Shown: piece by piece, positions 55,112 to 61,083 of the stretch | Numbering within the stretch: the first letter of the stretch is position 1 | Layout: each line of letters opens with the position of its first letter | Source of the DNA: Acidimicrobiia bacterium | GTDB taxonomy: Bacteria > Actinomycetota > Acidimicrobiia > Acidimicrobiales > SZUA-35 | Length of the DNA stretch: 61,083 nt | Reading direction: 5' to 3' | NCBI GenBank assembly: GCA_003231975.1 | Contig: QIKW01000270.1 | Coordinates: 1 to 61,083 of the forward strand | Notes under the pieces: generated by a model | Told to the model about the DNA's origin: nothing | What the model saw: only the letters and a program-made list of their open reading frames with translations | Databases searched by the model: none | Position numbers and translations under genes: made by a program

Positions 55112-56524
55112 TTACTGCGTGGGGTAGCCGTCGTTTGCTGCGATGTCAGCATCGATCTCGGCGACGGCCTTGTCGAGGGTTTCCTGAACATCTGCACCCG
55201 CAACGATGTCTGCAAGTGCGTCGGAGAAGGCGTCTCGAATGGCTCCGTATGCCGGGGTTGCCGGGCGAGGGAACGCAATGTCGGGAGCTGCCTCAAGATT
55301 CAGAACATAGAGGTAGCGGTCTCCCCCAGGCTGGAAAGTTGGGTCGGCGGCCAGAACCGAGCGCAGTGCGGGAACCGCGCTCTCAGCGTCGGCAATGATC
55401 TTGACCTGCTCGGGGCTGGTTACAAATTCGATGAAGGCCCAGACTGCGTCGGGATCTGCATCACCTGTAGCCATTGCGTAGTTCCAAGAGCCCATTCCAG
55501 CTTTGGATCCGGTACCGAAGTCTGGCAGCGGAACCAGGACGAGGTCGTCACCAAGGGCTTCTTTGTAGGCTCCGTACATCCAGTGACCAACCCAAGACAG
55601 TGGCACATCGCCTTCGATGAACGGGGTGTCGTCGACAGCTTCCAGATCGAGCAGACCATCTTGGGCCCAGGTCTGGAAAGTGGTCATGGCGGCAACAGCT
55701 TCAGGACCGTTGAGGGCCCCTTCGGCGCTCTGGAAGTCGGAGCGGTTGATTATGTCGCCACCGGCTGACTGGATGATGGGGGCGAATCCGTATGGCCGCC
55801 ACTCGCCTGCCCCGTAGAACCACTTGATGTCGAGGGGAGAGCTAATTCCGCTGTCTTGCAGAGTTCGGAGGATGGTGTCGAACTCATCAACGGTCCAAGC
55901 ATCTTCAGAAGTCTCGGGGATGCGGATGTCGTTCGCCTCAAGAACTGACCTCTTGGCCCAGATTCCCATTCCCGAGTCGAACGCTCCTAGTGAGTAGAGC
56001 TCTCCGTTGTATGTGCCCTGGCTGATTATGGATGGCAGGAAGTCATCAAGTGACCCGTCTGGCACGCAGTTTCCAAGGGGCTGCACAAAGCCGTTCCAGG
56101 CAAAGTTGTAAAGGAACGGGCCATCCATGTCGATGATGTCGGGAAGGTCGCCGGATGCGGCGGCGGCCACGATGAAGTCTTCATAGCCTGCCTCGCCTAG
56201 ATCGATAAGTTCAACAGTTACGCCAAGTTCAGTGCCAGGCCCGGCGTTGAAGTCGGCAACAGCACCTGTGTAGGCGTCGCCAGAGCCGTGAGATGTGAGG
56301 GTCAAAGTTACCGGGCCATCAATGTTGCCGTCGCATGGGGCTGCGGCATCACCGCCAGCTGCTTCTTCAGATCCAGATCCTTCTTCAGATCCAGATCCTT
56401 CTTCAGATCCGGCTCCTTCGCCATCACCGTCGTCGCCTCCGCAGGCGGCAGCCAGCAAAGTGAAGGCGAACAGAATCGCCAACAGACGTGAGAACTTTCG
56501 AGGGGCATGTGACATGTCGGGCAT
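55112..56524 (-). CDS. Carbohydrate ABC substrate-binding lipoprotein
   Basis: Lipobox AAAC; 18-bp (EEGSGS) repeat linker; LPDIIDMDGP, GHW, RPATPAY; alternative start 56515. Confidence 0.93.
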   Translation of the reverse strand: MPDMSHAPRKFSRLLAILFAFTLLAAACGGDDGDGEGAGSEEGSGSEEGSGSEEAAGGDAAAPCDGNIDGPVTLTLTSHGSGDAYTGAVADFNAGPGTELGVTVELIDLGEAGYEDFIVAAAASGDLPDIIDMDGPFLYNFAWNGFVQPLGNCVPDGSLDDFLPSIISQGTYNGELYSLGAFDSGMGIWAKRSVLEANDIRIPETSEDAWTVDEFDTILRTLQDSGISSPLDIKWFYGAGEWRPYGFAPIIQSAGGDIINRSDFQSAEGALNGPEAVAAMTTFQTWAQDGLLDLEAVDDTPFIEGDVPLSWVGHWMYGAYKEALGDDLVLVPLPDFGTGSKAGMGSWNYAMATGDADPDAVWAFIEFVTSPEQVKIIADAESAVPALRSVLAADPTFQPGGDRYLYVLNLEAAPDIAFPRPATPAYGAIRDAFSDALADIVAGADVQETLDKAVAEIDADIAANDGYPTQ

Positions 56525-56533
56525 CCTTCTCCG

Positions 56534-56555
56534 GGGCTGAAAGCGCTTACAGCCC
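56534..56555. promoter_or_regulatory. LacI-family operator TGAAAGCGCTTACA within a 22-bp palindrome
   Basis: GGGCTG-A-AAGCGCTT-A-CAGCCC just upstream of the sugar binding-protein start. Confidence 0.75.
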
Positions 56556-56647
56556 AGCGCTGAAACCCTACGCGTGAAATGCCTCTTGCGTCAACCAACT
56601 TGAGGATTCTGGCCCAAAAAGGTCTGATCCAAGGCCAAATCCGTGCC

Positions 56648-58201
56648 CTAATTTCTCACTTCTGCCAGGAACCAACGGCTTCCCGGCGCGGCAAACCCGG
56701 ATTCGGCGGGGCCGCCTGCGGTGGGGTCGATAGCACCAGTGCCCTGAACCAGGGCAAGTACAAACCCGCCTCCGATTGCTATCTCCACAAACGAACTGCT
56801 TGGAGTCCCGAAAGCTTCGGTGGTTGGCTGCCAACCCCAACTGGCCCCGTCCGGCGACCAGCCGAGCCACGTTTCGGGAGAGCCCTCAACGTAAGGCTCG
56901 GCGTCGAGGGGACCCTCAAGCTCAGGCGTGGCCTGGGCCACCAACGCAAGTCCGGCAACGCCTGCCTCAATTGGGCCAAACGGACTCAGGCCCGCGAACT
57001 CTGCTGCAACCTCCCAATCGGCGTCCTCGGCAACCTTCTGTATGGCTAGGCCGTCGTTCACCTGCCACGACACCACCCAGGCTTCGCTGCCTCGAGCCGA
57101 GGGGGGAAAAATCGCGTCACCGGGCGTAGAAGCGGGTTCCCACCCTCGCCCATCAGAAGAGAAAATCGTGTTTGTCTCAGCGAGGTCTGCCCGTCCGCCG
57201 AACACGTTGACAAAGAACTGTGACTCTGTTGCAACCAGGGCCGCATCAGACCCGGTGACGGTAAGAACCAGTTCAAATTCGTCTCCCTCGCTCAAATAGA
57301 TGTCTGTGGTCTCAAACATTCCCTCGGCAAAGCCCGCAGCCCCTTCGCCAGCAGAGAGCTGCTCCGCGGTCTCAATCTCAGCCAGTCCCGTCTCCTCATC
57401 GACCCGGGTTGCCAAAACCACCACTCTGTCTCCTGAGACGGCTGCGGCCTGGATGTACGCCGAGCCGGAAACGACGGACTCATCAGCCCGAGGCCTTGCG
57501 CCAAGATCAATCGACAGCCGATCCCACGACTCGCCTTGATCGCTGCTGAGGTAAACATCCTGTTGCTCAATGTCCCTGCCTCCCGGGAAACCAACGACGA
57601 CCCATGTGGGCCCGGCGACCGAGAACGCCGCAACCTCCGCCGGGGGCGCATTGACGTTGGACCAGTTGCGTCCGTCGCTTGTGATCATCAGCTGCTGGCC
57701 GCCATCGTCGCTCCAATTGATGCCGACAACCCGACCATCAGAAGTTGGCTGCGCTGTCCATCCTTCTATGGGAGGCGCCGGAATTTCCACCCAATCCAAT
57801 ACTGGGCCATTCGGAGTGGGCGGCACCCAGAGGCCCGCACCGTCCAAGCCGTCGCTGCCAGCCTCCAAGCCCGATCCGTCTGCCATCTGACTTTGCGAGG
57901 CCACAACCACCCGTTGCCCGCTCGGCGGAGGCAGCGCGTTCCAAACTGCCTGGCCCCCGGCGAAGATTGCGACGGCGGCAGCCAGGCTGCCCACCGCCCG
58001 TCGGGCGCGGCGAGCTTTTGACTGCGCCTCGGCCCGTTCAACAATCAACGAAATCGCGGGCTTGGTCAGCCTGCCGTCAGTGGCGTTGTCGACCGTTCGG
58101 GTGACTGCCCGACCCAACTTCGCGCCCAACGCCTGATCGAATCCTGCTGGTTCATCCCGGCCTGGCTCTGCTTGCCTTGGCCCTCGTCGGCGGCGGCTCA
58201 T
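56648..58201 (-). CDS. Putative anti-sigma factor with one TM helix and an extracellular Asp-box beta-propeller
   Basis: ATGA overlap with the sigma; RRARR then TM; TSDGRNW, SSDQGESW, SSDGRGW, SPDGASW. Confidence 0.75.
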   Translation of the reverse strand: MSRRRRGPRQAEPGRDEPAGFDQALGAKLGRAVTRTVDNATDGRLTKPAISLIVERAEAQSKARRARRAVGSLAAAVAIFAGGQAVWNALPPPSGQRVVVASQSQMADGSGLEAGSDGLDGAGLWVPPTPNGPVLDWVEIPAPPIEGWTAQPTSDGRVVGINWSDDGGQQLMITSDGRNWSNVNAPPAEVAAFSVAGPTWVVVGFPGGRDIEQQDVYLSSDQGESWDRLSIDLGARPRADESVVSGSAYIQAAAVSGDRVVVLATRVDEETGLAEIETAEQLSAGEGAAGFAEGMFETTDIYLSEGDEFELVLTVTGSDAALVATESQFFVNVFGGRADLAETNTIFSSDGRGWEPASTPGDAIFPPSARGSEAWVVSWQVNDGLAIQKVAEDADWEVAAEFAGLSPFGPIEAGVAGLALVAQATPELEGPLDAEPYVEGSPETWLGWSPDGASWGWQPTTEAFGTPSSSFVEIAIGGGFVLALVQGTGAIDPTAGGPAESGFAAPGSRWFLAEVRN

Positions 58202-58704
58202 CGGTCGATCTCCTTTCTCAGCTCGGCCAAGGCCCGGGAAATCGTGCTCTTAACGGTGCCCGGCCGGACGCCCATCAACTCTGCAATCTCCTTCTCGGGG
58301 AGGTCGGCGTAGAACCGCAGAACGAGTGCCGTTTTTCTGTTTGGCGACAGCTTCGCCAACGCGTCCACCATGTGATCGCGTTCGTCTGGCCCGGAATCGA
58401 GCGGGCGATCAAGGCCGATCCGTCGCCTCACCTCCCGTTTACGCAACTCACTCCGAGAGCCGTTCACCACTGCCGTTCTGAGGTAACCGCCGGGCTCCTT
58501 CAGGCTGTTCCAGCGATCAAAAACCTTGGTGTAGGCGTCCTGAACGATTTCTTCTGCCTGCTCGGTAGTGTCGACCAGCCCGCGGGCCAGCCGCACCATC
58601 GCGGCGTACTCTGCCTCGTACAGAGCCTCGAACCCGGCAGCCACTGAGGGAGCTTCCACCACTACAGCTTCGCCTGACATCATCACCAACGCAGCTTCCA
58701 TCAC
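58198..58704 (-). CDS. ECF sigma factor (Streptomyces SigE-like)
   Basis: AEEIVQDAY, YLRTAVVN, LVLRFYADL..GTVKSTISRAL; start uncertain (58710/58704/58701/58683). Confidence 0.93.
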   Translation of the reverse strand: MMEAALVMMSGEAVVVEAPSVAAGFEALYEAEYAAMVRLARGLVDTTEQAEEIVQDAYTKVFDRWNSLKEPGGYLRTAVVNGSRSELRKREVRRRIGLDRPLDSGPDERDHMVDALAKLSPNRKTALVLRFYADLPEKEIAELMGVRPGTVKSTISRALAELRKEIDR

Positions 58705-58711
58705 TCTCATC

Positions 58712-58737
58712 GACGCCCAGCAGGCCGGTTTGGTTCC
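58712..58737 (-). promoter_or_regulatory. ECF promoter GGAACC-N16-CGTC, probably autoregulatory and leaderless
   Basis: Canonical ECF -35/-10 pair; the -10 element is 7 nt upstream of GTG 58704. Confidence 0.7.
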
Positions 58738-58752
58738 CCGGTCGAACAGTCG

Positions 58753-59712
58753 TCAGAGGTCGATCAGCACCCCGACGCTCGATGCTTGCGCCAGGTCATA
58801 GACCAAACGGGCGGCCGCAATGTCCTGAACGGCATGACCGGTGCTCTTGTAGACGGTGATCTGATCTGAGCCAGTTCGGCCGCCGTCGCCACTGGCAATT
58901 AAGGCACCCAGTTCGGTCACAGAGTCTGGCAACACATGCTGAATCTCTGCCGCTCCCGCCGGTGGCTCTGTTGTAACCGCTCCGAGGTGATCAACAACCA
59001 GCGGCCCAACCCCAACCAGGCCGACCGGTAGCTCGGCCTGGGAACCTACCGAACTGACGTGGCAGCCAGGGCCCACCCAAGCCGGGTCGATCACAGCTTC
59101 AGCAGCGTGAGTGCACAGAGCAACGACGTCTGCCCCTCGCACTGCCTCCTCGAACCCATTGAAGTTGGCAACGGTTACCTTTGGAGTGAAGGCGGTGCGC
59201 GCCTGGGCGGCCAGCACGGTTGCCGAGTTGCGGTTGCGGCTGACAACCCGTACCTCTTGCCAATCTCGGAGTGCCCCAAACGCTTCCACATGAGCCTTTC
59301 CCTGGGCTCCGGCACCAACGATTGTGAGCACCGATGCGTCGGCTCGGGCCAGAAGGTCAGTGGCGATGGCAGCTGCCATTGCGGTGCGATCCTCGGTGAT
59401 CTTCTCGGCGTCCAACAACGCCAGGGGCATCCCCGTAGCCACGTCGAAGTAGACGATCACCCCCATGTGAGAAGGGAGGCCGACGTTGCCGGGAAAGATC
59501 GAAACGATTTTGGTTGCCAGGCCAACGCCATCCAGGTAGCCCGGCATGGCCGCCACCATGCCGTTCGGCGCGGCCGCAGCAATCCGGGGCGGGACGTTCG
59601 CCTTGCCGCCAGCTTGGGCGACGAGGGCAACCTCAAGCGCAGACCGCAGCTGCCCCGGCTCCAGCAGTTCGCTTACCTGAGCGGCGTTGATGACTCTCAG
59701 CGTTGGCATCAT
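58753..59712 (-). CDS. Ornithine cyclodeaminase/mu-crystallin family protein
   Basis: AMPG..KIVSIFPGN, RT, VGAGAQG, YKSTGHAVQD. Confidence 0.92.
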   Translation of the reverse strand: MMPTLRVINAAQVSELLEPGQLRSALEVALVAQAGGKANVPPRIAAAAPNGMVAAMPGYLDGVGLATKIVSIFPGNVGLPSHMGVIVYFDVATGMPLALLDAEKITEDRTAMAAAIATDLLARADASVLTIVGAGAQGKAHVEAFGALRDWQEVRVVSRNRNSATVLAAQARTAFTPKVTVANFNGFEEAVRGADVVALCTHAAEAVIDPAWVGPGCHVSSVGSQAELPVGLVGVGPLVVDHLGAVTTEPPAGAAEIQHVLPDSVTELGALIASGDGGRTGSDQITVYKSTGHAVQDIAAARLVYDLAQASSVGVLIDL

Positions 59713-59790
59713 GACATTCAAGCAGCTCCCGAGCGGGACCGACCAGCCAACGATCTGACCGAGCGAGGTAACTTGAGCCAGGATGAGGGA

Positions 59791-60999
59791 ATGAACGGCA
59801 TGGACCCAGCAAGGCTGGCCCGAATAGACAACTTCATCGCAGGCGCCTACCTAGATACGAAGCGCTACCCCGGTTTCTCCTTTCTGGTCAGTCGAGGCGG
59901 CCAGATAGTTCATCGTTCAGATCAGGGCTACGAGGCAAACTCCATATTCCGCATCTACTCAATGTCGAAACCAATCACCTCGGTTGCTCTCCTCCAACTC
60001 TACGAACAAGGGCACTTCCAGCTGACCGATCCGGTTTCCCGGTTCATCCCCGAGTGGGCAGACCTGAGGGTCTGGGTCGACGGCACCCCAGCCAGCTATA
60101 CCACCAAGGCGCCCGAGCGGCCAATGGAAATTAGAGACCTGCTGACACACACGGCGGGGCTCACCTATAGCTGGATGTACCGTCACCCGGTCGACTCGAT
60201 CTATCGCCGGAGAGGAATTGATCGTCTCGCAGGCAACTCGTTGGCCCAGATGTGTGAGCTGCTGGCCGACGCTCCCCTGCTCTTTTCGCCTGGATCCGAA
60301 TGGAGCTACAGCGTGGCCACCGATGTGTGCGGACACCTGATAGAGGTGATAAGCGGCCAGAGTCTCGACGCCTACCTCAAAGAACACATCCTTGATCCGC
60401 TGCGCATGGCAGACACCGGCTTCTTTGTGGAAGACGCCAAGGCCGACCGATTCGCCAACTGCTACGCCGTGCCTTCGTTGTCACCCTTCGGTCTCCCCGA
60501 CGGAGCTTCGGGAGACGACATGGTCGAGGTTGACAGCACCAGCCCGGACAGCCCCTTTCGCAGCCACCCGACATTCCTTTCCGGAGGCGGCGGCTTGGTT
60601 TCAACCATGGATGATTACCACCGGTTCTGCCTCATGCTCCTTGGAGGGGGCACGCTTGACGGGGCCAGGATTCTTGGCAGGAAAACCATCCAGTTCGCCA
60701 CGCAGAACCATCTCGCCACAGGCGGCGACCTCGCATCGATGGGCCAACCGGTTTTCAGCGAGACAAGGTACGACGGAATCGGGTTCGGACTGGGGTTCTC
60801 CGTGGTTCTCGACACGTCACAAGCAGCGGTGATTGGCTCTCCGGGCAGCTATGCATGGGGCGGCGCGGCCTCAACCCTGTTCTGGATCGACCCTGCCGAA
60901 GAGCTCATTGTGATTGGCATGACCCAGCTGATGCCGTCGGCGGCCTACCCGATCCGAGACGAACTCAAGCCTCAGGTTTATGCCGCTCTTGTCGACTGA
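59791..60999 (+). CDS. Serine hydrolase, beta-lactamase/family VIII esterase-like
   Basis: FRIYSMSKP (SxxK), LLTHTAG, WSYS, GGGGL, WGGAAST; ATG 59791 after GAGGGA. Confidence 0.93.
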   Translation: MNGMDPARLARIDNFIAGAYLDTKRYPGFSFLVSRGGQIVHRSDQGYEANSIFRIYSMSKPITSVALLQLYEQGHFQLTDPVSRFIPEWADLRVWVDGTPASYTTKAPERPMEIRDLLTHTAGLTYSWMYRHPVDSIYRRRGIDRLAGNSLAQMCELLADAPLLFSPGSEWSYSVATDVCGHLIEVISGQSLDAYLKEHILDPLRMADTGFFVEDAKADRFANCYAVPSLSPFGLPDGASGDDMVEVDSTSPDSPFRSHPTFLSGGGGLVSTMDDYHRFCLMLLGGGTLDGARILGRKTIQFATQNHLATGGDLASMGQPVFSETRYDGIGFGLGFSVVLDTSQAAVIGSPGSYAWGGAASTLFWIDPAEELIVIGMTQLMPSAAYPIRDELKPQVYAALVD

Positions 61000-61038
61000 C
61001 GGTCTCGCCGTTCTTCGGTCCTCACAGGGAGCTAACGG

Positions 61039-61083
61039 ATGAACATTGCGGGCCATGTGGCCATAGCCCTGCACCTCGATGGC
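61039..61083 (+). CDS. 5' end of a hypothetical protein (MNIAGHVAIA..), truncated by the window edge
   Basis: ATG after AGGGAG; N-terminal His motif reminiscent of zinc phospholipase C/ACP phosphodiesterase-like proteins. Confidence 0.45.
   Translation, partial: MNIAGHVAIALHLDG

Noticed and set aside
59059..59790. N-terminal 244 aa of the 646-aa ORF as a fusion domain
   Set aside because: It is the antisense shadow of the ornithine cyclodeaminase gene; the hydrolase starts at about 59791.
1..61083. tRNA, rRNA, selC, IS elements or prophage genes
   Set aside because: No cloverleaf, rRNA, transposase, integrase or phage motif was recognised by eye; a tRNAscan/Rfam run would be needed to exclude small RNAs.

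Overview
A high-GC, gene-dense chromosomal segment. The acidic lipoprotein linkers, LAxTG sortase signal, BlaI/BlaR pair and ECF sigmas point to an actinobacterium, probably Acidimicrobiia (inference). I found no rRNA, tRNA, transposase, integrase or CRISPR. In order, the window holds: (1) a partial Ser/Thr kinase; (2) a heme-copper oxidase operon (ctaC-D-F-E, cupredoxin, ctaB) with a second CopI-like cupredoxin and a divergent blaR-blaI pair; (3) an aromatic catabolic cluster (ligU/K/J, Liv-type ABC importer, Rieske oxygenase, glutamine-synthetase-like ligase, internally deleted hpaB); (4) a Ugp-like ABC importer; (5) an operon of 3 glycosyltransferases, an ABC exporter, 2 APH-like kinases and an ECF sigma, next to a two-component system and a hairpin-rich repeat mosaic; (6) a copper/redox region with a PmoC-like membrane protein, two heme-type membrane proteins, Lgt-like and TlpA genes, a UGA-containing TlpA-like selenoprotein candidate and a multicopper oxidase; (7) a 2873-aa sortase-anchored adhesin; (8) a sugar ABC importer, an ECF/anti-sigma pair, an ornithine-cyclodeaminase-family gene and a serine hydrolase. 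The best leads are the PmoC-like operon (35967-38829), the hidden UxxC selenoprotein (40363-40926), and an A2-type oxidase lacking K-pathway residues that is clustered with Met- and His-rich cupredoxins. All family calls come from motif recognition by eye; no searches were run.
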